Assembly: GCA_964447495.1 (NCBI GenBank)
Contig: CAYUTF010000004.1
Coordinates: forward strand, 13,438 to 77,437
DNA length: 64,000 nt
Reading direction: 5' to 3'
From: an uncultured archaeon
GTDB lineage: Archaea > Asgardarchaeota > Lokiarchaeia > Sigyniarchaeales > SOKP01
Part shown: piece after piece, positions 1 to 9,183 of the stretch
Layout: every line of letters begins with the position of its first letter
Numbering within the stretch: position 1 is the first letter of the stretch
Notes under the pieces: generated by a model
Database searches by the model: none
Told to the model about the DNA's origin: nothing
Seen by the model: only the letters and a program-made list of their open reading frames with translations
Program-made: the position numbers and the translations under genes

Positions 1-893
1 ATGGAATTAATCCAAATGTCATTACTCAACAAGAACTCGAAACTAAAATTTTTCAAAACGAGGATTTATCAACTTTAAAGTCAATTGTTATGATCCAATG
101 TGTAGGATCAAGAAATGAAGAACATCCTTACTGTAGTAGAATGTGTTGCTCTGAAGCAATAAAAAATGCTCTAAAAGTGAAAGAAAAGTATCCCGATAAA
201 GAAATTACAATATTGTATAGAGACATAAGAACATATGGTTTTAAAGAGAAGTATTATAGGGAGGCACGTGAAAAAGGGATACTATTTATTAGATTTTCTA
301 AGGATGCTCCACCAGAGTTGATAACTGAAAATCAACATTTAAAAATTCTTATTAAAAATAAAAAACTGGGAGAAATTTTAATTAATACTGATTTATTAGT
401 TTTGAGTACTGGGATTGTTGCTCCAGGTCATGATAATGAGATTTTAGCAAAAATGCTAAAAGTTCCTTTGAATGAAGATAAGTTCTTTTTAGAGGCTCAT
501 GTTAAGTTGAGACCTGTCGATTTCGCTACTGAAGGCATATTTTTATGTGGAACAGCCCATGGTCCAGCAACTATTAGTGAAAGTATTGCTCAAGCAAATT
601 CAGCAGTTTCAAGAGCTACAATAATACTATCGAAAGATACATTGATGATCGGAGGAGTTGTATCCAATGTTAATAAAGATCTATGCACTGGATGCAAAAT
701 TTGTGTTAGAATCTGCCCTTTCAATGCAATTGTAAAAGATGAGGAAGGTTTCGCTTATGTTCAAGAAGCTTTATGTAAGGGATGTGGATTATGTGGTGCA
801 AGTTGCCCTGAAAAGGCAATATCTATTAAGCATTTTACGAATGAACAGATATTATCCGAAATTTATGCTTTAGGGGGTAAAGTGGTAGAATGA
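1..893 (+). CDS. hdrA: Heterodisulfide reductase subunit A (HdrA)-like flavoprotein, C-terminal part; 5-prime end lies outside the window
   Basis: Frame 3 is open from base 3 with no stop before the first ATG at 90, so the listed ORF is the tail of a longer gene. It has the CVGSRNEEHPYCSRMCC motif, an FAD-domain tail and C-terminal CxxCxxCxxxCP ferredoxin motifs. It is clearly paralogous to residues about 738-1003 of the full HdrA at 1663-4674. Confidence 0.8.
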   Translation, partial: GINPNVITQQELETKIFQNEDLSTLKSIVMIQCVGSRNEEHPYCSRMCCSEAIKNALKVKEKYPDKEITILYRDIRTYGFKEKYYREAREKGILFIRFSKDAPPELITENQHLKILIKNKKLGEILINTDLLVLSTGIVAPGHDNEILAKMLKVPLNEDKFFLEAHVKLRPVDFATEGIFLCGTAHGPATISESIAQANSAVSRATIILSKDTLMIGGVVSNVNKDLCTGCKICVRICPFNAIVKDEEGFAYVQEALCKGCGLCGASCPEKAISIKHFTNEQILSEIYALGGKVVE

Positions 894-1660
894 GTTTCGA
901 ACCAAAAATATTGGGATTTTTATGTAATTGGTGCTCTTATGCAGGGGCTGATTTAGCGGGAGTAAGTCGTATTCAATACCCGCCTAATATTAGAGTGATA
1001 CGGGTTATGTGTTCAGGAAGAGTCGATCCTGAATTTATTATTCAAGGATTTCAAACAGGAATTGATGGAATAATAGTTATGGGATGCCATCCTGGAGATT
1101 GTCATTATTTAGAAGGAAATTATGAAGCTGAAATGAAATTTATGATGGTTGAAAAGTTTCTTAAATTTATAGATTTTGATACAAGAGTAAGATTAGAATG
1201 GGTAAGTGCTTCTGAAGGTAATCGATTTGCTGAAGTAGTTACTGATTTTACAAATTCTATTAAAAAGTTAGGACCTTCGCCTGTTAATGGAGCAAAACCT
1301 GATAGAGCATTACTAGATAAATTAAATGCAATATTATTAGCAATAGGAAGCTATAGAATGAGGGCTCTTGTGGGGAGAGAAAGAATGATTACTGAGCATG
1401 AAAATGTATATGGAGATAAAGTTTCTTTAGAAAAATTTAACGATATTTTTGATAAAGCTATTCATGATGAATATTTGCGCCATCGAATTTTAATATCGCT
1501 TGGAAACGATTCAAAATCAGTAAAAGATTTAGCTATCGAATTAGAAATTGATCCTAGTCACATTTTAGAACATATTTTAATATTGAAAGGAAGAAGTCAA
1601 GTTGCTATGGATAAAATAGTAGGGATAGCACCCCTATATGTAAATACAATGGAGGGTTAA
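890..1660 (+). CDS. mvhD: MvhD-domain (methyl-viologen-reducing hydrogenase delta subunit-like) protein with about 125-aa C-terminal extension containing a winged-helix-like segment
   Basis: N-terminus FLCNWCSYAGADLAG...CSGRVDP...GCHPGDCHY is the MvhD/FlxD Cys pattern. ATGA start/stop overlap with the upstream hdrA. The C-terminal RHRILISLGNDSKSVKDLAIELEIDPSHILEHILILKGRSQV reads like an ArsR-type wHTH. Confidence 0.8.
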   Translation: MSFEPKILGFLCNWCSYAGADLAGVSRIQYPPNIRVIRVMCSGRVDPEFIIQGFQTGIDGIIVMGCHPGDCHYLEGNYEAEMKFMMVEKFLKFIDFDTRVRLEWVSASEGNRFAEVVTDFTNSIKKLGPSPVNGAKPDRALLDKLNAILLAIGSYRMRALVGRERMITEHENVYGDKVSLEKFNDIFDKAIHDEYLRHRILISLGNDSKSVKDLAIELEIDPSHILEHILILKGRSQVAMDKIVGIAPLYVNTMEG

Positions 1661-1662
1661 AA

Positions 1663-4600
1663 ATGGATAAAATTGGAGCGGTAATGGTGGTAGGAGCAGG
1701 AATTGGTGGCTCTCAAGCATCTTTAGATTTAGGTGATGCTGGTTATAAGGTATATCTTGTTGAATCATCAACTAGTATTGGCGGTGTGATGGCACAACTA
1801 GATAAAACATTTCCTACAAATGACTGTGCCATGTGTATAGTATCTCCTAAACTTGTGGAAACAGGACGACATAATAACATTGATTTATTCATAAAATGCA
1901 AAATTTTAGATGTGCAAGGCGATGCCGGGAATTTCACAGTAAAAATCCTAAAAAATTCATTATATATTAATATGGATAAATGTACTGGATGTGGTGTTTG
2001 TGGTCAGAAATGTCCTGTGGAAGCAATAGATGTTTTTAATGAAGGTTTATCAAAATACAAAGCAACCTCTGTGAAATACCCGCAAGCGGTACCTCTAGTC
2101 TATGCAATAAATAAAGATTATTGTATTGGCTGTGGAGTTTGTGAAGGTGTGTGTAAAGCAGGAGCAGTAGAATATGATTTAAAAGATCAAGAAGTGACAC
2201 TTAACGTTGGAGCCATAATATTAGCACCAGGTTTTGATGAATTTGACCCTACTCCTATAAAGCGTTTTGGCTATGGAAAGTTTAAAAATGTTGTCACAAG
2301 TATCCAATTTGAGCGTATATTAAGTGCAAGTGGTCCTTATGCCGGTAAAATATTACGGTCATCTGATGGTGATGTACCTGAGAAAGTTGCATTTTTGCAA
2401 TGTGTCGGATCAAGGGATTTAAATGAAGGACAGCCTTATTGTTCATCTGTCTGTTGCATGTACACAGCTAAAGAGGCTGTTATTGCAAAAGAACATATGG
2501 ATCAAGTAAATCCTACTATATTTTCAATGGATATTCGAGCGTATGGGAAAGATTTTGATAAATATATAGAACATGCCAAGGAAGAATATGGTGTAAGGTA
2601 TATTAGGAGCAGAATTTCTTCCATAAAGGAAAATCCTTCTACTAAAGATTTAATTTTAAATTATGAAGCTGAAGATGGTAAAATTGTGCAAGAGATTTTT
2701 AATATGGTGGTGTTAGCAGTTGGATTAAACCCACCAAATGATGCCGAGTTCCTTGCAGAAAAATTTGGTATAGAATTAAATGAATACAAATTTGCGAAAA
2801 CAGAAATCTTTAATCCTGTTCAGACTTCTAGAGCTGGAATATATGTATGTGGTGCTTTTTCTTCACCTAAAGATATTCCTGAAACGGTCACTCAAGCAAG
2901 TGCCGCTGCAGGCTGTGTGAATTCTTTATTATATGATAAAAGGGGTACTTTAATAACAGAAAAGATATTGCCTCCTGAAATATTTGTAGCAGGACAACCT
3001 CCAAGAATAGGAGTATTTATATGTCATTGTGGAATTAATATTGGGGGATATGTAGACGTTCCTGAGGTTACTCGTTATGCGACTACCCTCCCAAATGTTG
3101 TCTTAGGAGATCGAAACTTGTATACTTGTTCTGCTGACACTCAAACTATAATTAAAGATAAGATTAAGGAATATAATCTGAATCGGGTAATTGTTGCGTC
3201 ATGTACACCACGTACGCACGAACCACTATTTCAAGAAACCATAAGGGAAGCAGGTTTAAATAGATACTTATTTCAGATGGCTAATATTCGAGATCAATGT
3301 TCCTGGGTTCATATGCATCAACCAGAAAAAGCAACTGAAAAAGCTAAAGATTTGGTTAGAATGGCAGTTAATAAAGCTCGAGAAATCCAACCTCTTGAAA
3401 GAATAAAACTTGGCGTCATTCCTAAAGCTTTAGTCATTGGAGGAGGTATTACTGGAATGACAGCTGCTCTAAACTTTGCTAGTCAAGAATTCGAAACTTA
3501 TATTATCGAGAAAGGAGAAGAATTCGGAGGTCATGCTCGTCATATTTATAAAACCCTTGAGGGTGGAGATGTTCAAAAATATTTAACCACACTTATTGAA
3601 AAGGTAGAAAATAATCCTCTCATTCATGCGTATACACAAGTAGAGATTGAGAATATTAATGGTTATATTGGGAATTTTAAAACTTCAATTTTATATGGTA
3701 AAGATAAAAAACGGATCGAATTTGATCATGGAGTTGTAATAGTTGCCACTGGAGCGGATGCGTATCAACCAAAAGAATATTTGTATGGTGAAGATGACAG
3801 AGTAATAACTCAATCTGAATTTGAGCAAGTATTAAATGAAACTGATGGAATAAATAAAATAAATAAAATTGTTATGATACAGTGTGTTGGATCGAGAAAT
3901 GAGGAGCATCCATACTGTAGTAAAATGTGTTGTGCTGAAGCGATTAAAAATGCTCTTATGGCTAAAGAAATGAATCCGTTAACAGAAATTGTAATACTTT
4001 ACAGAGATATCAGGACTTATGGTTTTAAAGAGAAATATTATCGTTTGGCTAGAGAAAAAGGAATCGTATTTATTAGATATGAAAAAGATAATTTACCTCA
4101 AGTTAATATAAATGAAGGGCATTTAGAAGTTGCATTAAAAACACCAAAATTGGGAAATATATCCCTAGATTCTGATATTGTGGTTTTGAGTGCAGGAATA
4201 GTAGCTAATAAAGAACAAAATGAACAACTTGGTAAAATACTAAAAGTTCCGATAAATGATGATAAATTCTTTCTCGAAGCTCATGTTAAATTACGTCCTG
4301 TTGATTTCGCAACAGAGGGCGTATTTGTTGCAGGATTAGCTCATTTTCCTAAACCAATTGAGGATTCGATTTCACAAGCTAATGCTGCTGTATCAAGAGC
4401 ATGCACTATTATCTCAAAGAAAGAAATTGAAGCAGAAGGTAAAGTTGCTACCATCAACATGGCTCGATGCGTTGGATGTGGTATGTGTGTAGAAAATTGC
4501 GCATATAACGCAATAGAGTTAATAGAAGATAGAAGATTTGGTAGAGTTGCTTCAATCAATCAAGCATTATGCAAAGGTTGTGGAGCTTGTTCAGGGAATT

Positions 4601-4674
4601 GTAGATGTTCAGCAATAGATATTTTAGGTTTTAGTGCGGAACAAATTTTTGCCATGATAAGTGGGAGGTTATGA
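1663..4674 (+). CDS. hdrA: Large tandem-module HdrA-like flavoprotein (1003 aa)
   Basis: Residues 1-435 form an HdrA core: GAGIGG, DKTFPTNDCAMCI, an inserted 2x[4Fe-4S] ferredoxin domain, and CVGSRD...YCSSVCCMY. Residues about 445-1003 form a second HdrA unit: N-terminal Cys domain FICHCGINIGG...ASCTPRTHE...RDQCSWVH, GGGITG FAD motif, CVGSRNEEHPYCSKMCC, and a C-terminal ferredoxin domain. Confidence 0.85.
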   Translation: MDKIGAVMVVGAGIGGSQASLDLGDAGYKVYLVESSTSIGGVMAQLDKTFPTNDCAMCIVSPKLVETGRHNNIDLFIKCKILDVQGDAGNFTVKILKNSLYINMDKCTGCGVCGQKCPVEAIDVFNEGLSKYKATSVKYPQAVPLVYAINKDYCIGCGVCEGVCKAGAVEYDLKDQEVTLNVGAIILAPGFDEFDPTPIKRFGYGKFKNVVTSIQFERILSASGPYAGKILRSSDGDVPEKVAFLQCVGSRDLNEGQPYCSSVCCMYTAKEAVIAKEHMDQVNPTIFSMDIRAYGKDFDKYIEHAKEEYGVRYIRSRISSIKENPSTKDLILNYEAEDGKIVQEIFNMVVLAVGLNPPNDAEFLAEKFGIELNEYKFAKTEIFNPVQTSRAGIYVCGAFSSPKDIPETVTQASAAAGCVNSLLYDKRGTLITEKILPPEIFVAGQPPRIGVFICHCGINIGGYVDVPEVTRYATTLPNVVLGDRNLYTCSADTQTIIKDKIKEYNLNRVIVASCTPRTHEPLFQETIREAGLNRYLFQMANIRDQCSWVHMHQPEKATEKAKDLVRMAVNKAREIQPLERIKLGVIPKALVIGGGITGMTAALNFASQEFETYIIEKGEEFGGHARHIYKTLEGGDVQKYLTTLIEKVENNPLIHAYTQVEIENINGYIGNFKTSILYGKDKKRIEFDHGVVIVATGADAYQPKEYLYGEDDRVITQSEFEQVLNETDGINKINKIVMIQCVGSRNEEHPYCSKMCCAEAIKNALMAKEMNPLTEIVILYRDIRTYGFKEKYYRLAREKGIVFIRYEKDNLPQVNINEGHLEVALKTPKLGNISLDSDIVVLSAGIVANKEQNEQLGKILKVPINDDKFFLEAHVKLRPVDFATEGVFVAGLAHFPKPIEDSISQANAAVSRACTIISKKEIEAEGKVATINMARCVGCGMCVENCAYNAIELIEDRRFGRVASINQALCKGCGACSGNCRCSAIDILGFSAEQIFAMISGRL

Positions 4675-5126
4675 AAATGAATGAAGTTATAATAGAAGAA
4701 GCACAAGAAAAAGAATGGGAACCTAAAATTATAGCTTTCTTATGTAATTGGTGTTCTTATGCAGGAGCGGACCTAGCGGGAGTGAGTAGGATTCAATATC
4801 CACCTAATATAAGAATAGTTAGAGTTCCTTGTTCAGGACGTTTAAATCCCTTCTTTTTAATTAGAAGTTTAGTTGATGGATGGGATGGTGTTTTAGTTTC
4901 AGGATGTCATCCCGGAGATTGCCATTATATTAGTGGAAATTTAGTTGCTCGAAGGAGATTTGCGATTCTTAACGATTTATTAGAATTTTTTGGGATAGAA
5001 CCTGGAAGGGTGAATTTCATGTGGGCTTCTGCGGCTGAAGGAGAACGATTTGCAGTTTTGGTGCGTAAAGCTACAGCGATTGTTAAAAAGTTAGGACCCA
5101 ATAAGAAATTTAAAAAAGAGTGGTAA
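4671..5126 (+). CDS. mvhD: MvhD/FlxD-like iron-sulfur subunit (short form, 151 aa)
   Basis: FLCNWCSYAGADLAGVSRIQYPPNIR...CSGRLNP...GCHPGDCHY. ATGA overlap with the upstream hdrA. Paralog of 890-1660 without the C-terminal extension. Confidence 0.85.
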   Translation: MKMNEVIIEEAQEKEWEPKIIAFLCNWCSYAGADLAGVSRIQYPPNIRIVRVPCSGRLNPFFLIRSLVDGWDGVLVSGCHPGDCHYISGNLVARRRFAILNDLLEFFGIEPGRVNFMWASAAEGERFAVLVRKATAIVKKLGPNKKFKKEW

Positions 5127-5129
5127 AAT

Positions 5130-6152
5130 GTGAGTAAACTTAATTTAGATAATCAAAAAATTCAAGAAAAGATGCGAGAGGTTGCTCGAAATCTATTAAA
5201 AGAGAAAAAGGTTGACTTAATTATAGGTTATTCGGAAGGAACTGTACCATTATCCTCCGCGCCGGTTTTTATTAGAAAGGAAGAGGAAGTTGATAAATTA
5301 ATATGGAATAATTTATGTTATGTAAATTTAGCTAAGTATTTGATTCCTAACATAAAAGAGAATGTAGATGGAAAACTTGTGGATTTAAAGGTTGGAATCA
5401 TCTCAAAAGGATGTGTTGCTCGTTCGATTATTCATTTAATGGTTGAACATCAGATCAAAAAGGAAAATATAACAATAATAGGAATTAAGTGTAATGGTAT
5501 TATAAATCGTAGGAAAATTGAAAAAGAAGTTGGGGCTGAAGAAATTATTGAAACGTATCTATTAGATGATAATTTTATTGTAAAAGGAAAGGATTTTGAA
5601 AAAAAGTTTAATTATGATGAATATATGAATGAGTTGTGTAAACACTGTACAATAAAGTCACCTCCAAAATCAGATTCACTAAAGGATATTATTGTGGGAG
5701 AAAGTCAAGAGAGTTATTCATTAGAAGAGAAATTTGAAGATGTCATAGAATTTGAAGAAAAAACACCTGACGAGAGATGGAATTATATGAAGGAATTACT
5801 ACAAGATTGTACAAGATGTTATGCTTGTAGAGAGGCATGTCCTTTATGTTATTGTAATTTGTGTTTTGTTGACCAAAATTTACCGACTTGGTTTGGAAAA
5901 ACCTCTGAAATATCTGATATTCTGATATTTCATATGGTACGTGCTCTGCATCTTGCAGGTAGATGTGTTGAGTGTGGTGCTTGTAGTAGTGTTTGCCCAA
6001 TGGGTATTGATCTAAGCATAATTAATAGAAAAATCAATAGAATTGTAAAAGATCGGTATGATTTTACTTCAGGGCTTTCATTAGAAAAACTTCCTCCAAT
6101 GATGGCTTTTAAAATGGAGGACAAACAAGAATTCATGTTGGAGGAGGATTGA
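5130..6152 (+). CDS. Fe-S oxidoreductase subunit with two ferredoxin-type [4Fe-4S] motifs, HdrA/MvhD-associated
   Basis: CTRCYACREACPLCYC and CVECGACSSVCPMG motifs. GTG start 4 nt after the mvhD stop, same operon. No CCG (HdrB-type) motif. Confidence 0.55.
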   Translation: MSKLNLDNQKIQEKMREVARNLLKEKKVDLIIGYSEGTVPLSSAPVFIRKEEEVDKLIWNNLCYVNLAKYLIPNIKENVDGKLVDLKVGIISKGCVARSIIHLMVEHQIKKENITIIGIKCNGIINRRKIEKEVGAEEIIETYLLDDNFIVKGKDFEKKFNYDEYMNELCKHCTIKSPPKSDSLKDIIVGESQESYSLEEKFEDVIEFEEKTPDERWNYMKELLQDCTRCYACREACPLCYCNLCFVDQNLPTWFGKTSEISDILIFHMVRALHLAGRCVECGACSSVCPMGIDLSIINRKINRIVKDRYDFTSGLSLEKLPPMMAFKMEDKQEFMLEED

Positions 6153-6153
6153 G

Positions 6154-7212
6154 TTGATTGAAAAGTTAGTAGATAAAAAAGATATTCCAAAATTAGTCAA
6201 AGAACTTACTGAAAAATATAATTTTTATGCACCTATCAAGGTAAATGGTAATATAGAATTTAAAAGAGTAGAAAATGTAGGCGATATTGAATTAAATTTT
6301 TTTAATTCAAAAATACCACCAAAAGAAATATTATTTCCAAGAATGGAAACACTATTTACCTATAACATTAACGGAAAAAATATAGAGATAAAAGAACCAG
6401 AAAAAAGTGAGAAAAAAAATATAATCTTTGGGATCCGTCCCTGTGATGCTCATAGTTTTGTTCTCCTTGAAAACTTTTTTGGCTTTGGAGAATTTAAAGA
6501 TAAATTATTTCTGAATAAGAGAAAAAATACAATATTAATGGGGATCGGTTGTAATAATCCCCGAAATACATGTTTCTGTACCTCCCTTGAGGGTCATCCA
6601 TTTAAAAAAGAGGATATGGACGTGTTTTTAGTGGATTTAGATGATAAATACCTGATCACTCCAATTACAGATATAGGAAAAGAAATAATAGATGCTTTAT
6701 CATGGTTAGTCGATGCCAAAAAACCTGACCTTGAAAAGGCAATGAAATTGTCTGAAAAAGCGGAATCACTTATATCAACAACATTAGATATAAAGGATTC
6801 ATATAAGATTTTAGATTCACAGTTTTCAAATCCTATATGGAAGGAAATAAGTGAAACATGTATCGGTTGTGGGACTTGTTCATTTCTCTGCCCAACTTGC
6901 ACTTGTTTCGATGTAATTGATGAAGAAGATAAATATAATAATAAAGGAAGAAGAATACGTATTTGGGATACTTGTCAATCCTGTCTTTATTCACTCCACA
7001 CAAGTGGCCATAATCCAAGAAATGGTGGCATCGAGCGATGCAGAAATCGTATACTTCACAAGTTTAGTTATTATCCAACAAATTATGGCCTTATAGGCTG
7101 TGTAGGATGCGGTCGTTGCATTCAATTATGTCCAGTAAATAATGATTTAAGAGCTATAATTAAAAAGATGAATGAGATCAATAAAAAGGAGGAGAAATCT
7201 ATCATTGCTTGA
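6154..7212 (+). CDS. AsrA / sulfhydrogenase-beta-like 4Fe-4S dicluster protein (Flx-type electron-transfer subunit)
   Basis: GIRPCDAHSF segment plus CIGCGTCSFLCPTCTCFD and CVGCGRCIQLCPVN cluster motifs. TTG start preceded by GGAGGAGG. Followed by an AsrB/PyrK-like partner. Confidence 0.6.
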   Translation: MIEKLVDKKDIPKLVKELTEKYNFYAPIKVNGNIEFKRVENVGDIELNFFNSKIPPKEILFPRMETLFTYNINGKNIEIKEPEKSEKKNIIFGIRPCDAHSFVLLENFFGFGEFKDKLFLNKRKNTILMGIGCNNPRNTCFCTSLEGHPFKKEDMDVFLVDLDDKYLITPITDIGKEIIDALSWLVDAKKPDLEKAMKLSEKAESLISTTLDIKDSYKILDSQFSNPIWKEISETCIGCGTCSFLCPTCTCFDVIDEEDKYNNKGRRIRIWDTCQSCLYSLHTSGHNPRNGGIERCRNRILHKFSYYPTNYGLIGCVGCGRCIQLCPVNNDLRAIIKKMNEINKKEEKSIIA

Positions 7213-8044
7213 TATATATATTCCAATGTTAACCAATATTAAATCAATAACATCTGAAAATAAAGCAAACGATATAAAAACTTTTGAGTTTGTATTTCAA
7301 AAGGAAGAAGACCTGAATAGTTTTAAATATGTCCCTGGTCAATTTTCTGAGTTAAGTATTATTGGAAAAGGTGAGTGCCCAATAGGAATTGCTTCCTCCC
7401 CAACTGAAGAGGGATCAGTTAAGTTCACTATTAAAAAAATGGGAACAGTGACCTCACATTTTCATAAAAGAGAAGCAGGGGATGTGGTAGGAATCAGAGG
7501 TCCTTTAGGAAACGGATGGCCTGTAGAAGATATGAAAGGAAAAAATATTGTGATCATCGGAGGAGGTTTTGCCTTTTCTACATTACGTTCTCTTATCGAA
7601 TATATATTACATGAAGAAAATAGAAAGAACTATGGAAATTTAACAGTTATATATGGAAATCGGGATTCTGGAGAGGTATTATATAGATCTGATTTAGAAA
7701 AATGGGAAAAACGAGACGATATTAAACTAGTACTCACGATTGATCGCGAAGAGAAGGGTTGGAACAAGAAGGTTGGATTTGTAGCCCCCATTGTTAAGGA
7801 AGTAGCACCCTCTTCTGAAAATGCAATAGCAGTAGTTTGCGGTCCTCCTATCATGATAAAAACAACGATTTCAGTACTGGAAGAGTTGAAGTTTGAAGAC
7901 GAGCAAATCCTTAACTCCCTAGAGATGCGAATGAAGTGCGGAGTAGGCAAATGTGGGAGATGTAATATTGGAAATAAATATGTTTGTTTAGATGGCCCCG
8001 TTTTTTCACTAGCTGAGTTGAAAAAACTGCCAAATGAATATTAA
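7172..8044 (+). CDS. FAD/NAD(P)H-binding oxidoreductase with C-terminal [2Fe-2S] (AsrB / sulfhydrogenase-gamma / PyrK family; FlxA-like)
   Basis: Ferredoxin-reductase-type fold signature (PGQF...GxxS, GGGFAFS) and terminal CGVGKCGRCNIG...VCLDGPVF motif. The start is uncertain: TTG at 7205 (12 nt after GGAGG) or ATG at 7226 would avoid the 41-nt overlap. Confidence 0.7.
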   Translation: MRSIKRRRNLSLLDIYIPMLTNIKSITSENKANDIKTFEFVFQKEEDLNSFKYVPGQFSELSIIGKGECPIGIASSPTEEGSVKFTIKKMGTVTSHFHKREAGDVVGIRGPLGNGWPVEDMKGKNIVIIGGGFAFSTLRSLIEYILHEENRKNYGNLTVIYGNRDSGEVLYRSDLEKWEKRDDIKLVLTIDREEKGWNKKVGFVAPIVKEVAPSSENAIAVVCGPPIMIKTTISVLEELKFEDEQILNSLEMRMKCGVGKCGRCNIGNKYVCLDGPVFSLAELKKLPNEY

Positions 8045-8071
8045 AAAAAAATTAAAAGGTAGAAAAATAAA

Positions 8072-9154
8072 ATGGTTAAAACTTTTGAAGATTTAATAAA
8101 AGATGTACATGAAAAAGGTTTATGTGGAGAGTGTGGAGGTTGTGTTACTTTTTGTTCAGCTGGAGATATCGGTGCAATCATGATGTCTGAATCAGGACCT
8201 CCAAAATATGTAAATAAAGATAATTGTAAGGAATGTGGATTCTGTTATTATGTATGCCCTCAAACTCATGTTCTTAATGATCTTTTAAATGATAAATTTG
8301 GATATGTACCCCCAATAGGAAAATGGATCAATATTACTTCAAGTAAAACTACTTCTGAGGAAATAGCAAATAAAGCAACTGATGGAGGAGTAGTTACCTC
8401 CATATTGAATTATCTCTTAGATCATGATTTAATTGATGGTGCCATCGTATGTAAAAAAGAAGGTCCTTTTAATAGGGTACCATTTTTAGCCACGTCAAAA
8501 GAAGATTTAATACAAGCGGCAGGATCATACTATGATCTTTCAAAACAAGTTATTGGATTAGAAAAGTATAATACTTTTATACCAACCAATACTAAATTAA
8601 AAGATTTACTTAATTCAGATTTGTTAAACATAGCAATAGTAGGCACTCCTTGCCAAATACATTCCATTAGAAAGATGCAACAATTGAGTATACTTCCAGC
8701 TCATATTGTCAAATATACCTTGGGCCTTTTCTGTAATTTAAATTTCTCTTTTAATGATGATGATCGGAAAAAAATGGAACAGATTTTTCATTTTAAATTT
8801 AATGAAGTTGAAAAAATGAATATTCGTGAAGATATTATTCTTAATCTTAAAGGAAATAAAATCAAACATATCTCCTTTTCAGATATTAATGAATTCGCAC
8901 GTCCAGCATGCAGAGCGTGCCCTGATTTTTCTAATATATATGCTGATTTATCATTCGGCGGATTAGGATCCCAAGAAAAATATACAACTACAATAATAAG
9001 AACTAAAACTGGCGCAGAGATATATAACAATGCTCTTAAAGAGGGTTATATTAAAGAAGTCAATCGATTTAGTCCATCGAATATAGATTCAAATATTTTA
9101 GGAAAAATCATTGATTTCAGTGAACGAAAAATAGAAAGAGCTGAGAATTTTTAA
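8072..9154 (+). CDS. Coenzyme F420 hydrogenase/dehydrogenase beta-subunit family protein (FrhB/FdhB/FpoF-like)
   Basis: N-terminal CGECGGCVTFC and CKECGFCYYVCPQ motifs, then DGGVVTSILNYLLDHDLIDGAIV and GTPCQIHSIRK, typical of the FrhB family. Last gene of the redox cluster. Confidence 0.7.
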   Translation: MVKTFEDLIKDVHEKGLCGECGGCVTFCSAGDIGAIMMSESGPPKYVNKDNCKECGFCYYVCPQTHVLNDLLNDKFGYVPPIGKWINITSSKTTSEEIANKATDGGVVTSILNYLLDHDLIDGAIVCKKEGPFNRVPFLATSKEDLIQAAGSYYDLSKQVIGLEKYNTFIPTNTKLKDLLNSDLLNIAIVGTPCQIHSIRKMQQLSILPAHIVKYTLGLFCNLNFSFNDDDRKKMEQIFHFKFNEVEKMNIREDIILNLKGNKIKHISFSDINEFARPACRACPDFSNIYADLSFGGLGSQEKYTTTIIRTKTGAEIYNNALKEGYIKEVNRFSPSNIDSNILGKIIDFSERKIERAENF

Positions 9155-9183
9155 CACTCTACTTTTTTACTAATTTTTAAAAT

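Noticed and set aside
1743-1937. Short antisense ORFs inside the redox-cluster genes (1743-1937, 4341-4559, 5743-6000, 5930-6190, 6594-6902, 6833-7018, 7630-7950, 8788-9030).
   Set aside because: All lie antisense to, or out of frame within, genes with strong conserved motifs. Their translations are low-complexity and typical of AT-rich shadow frames.
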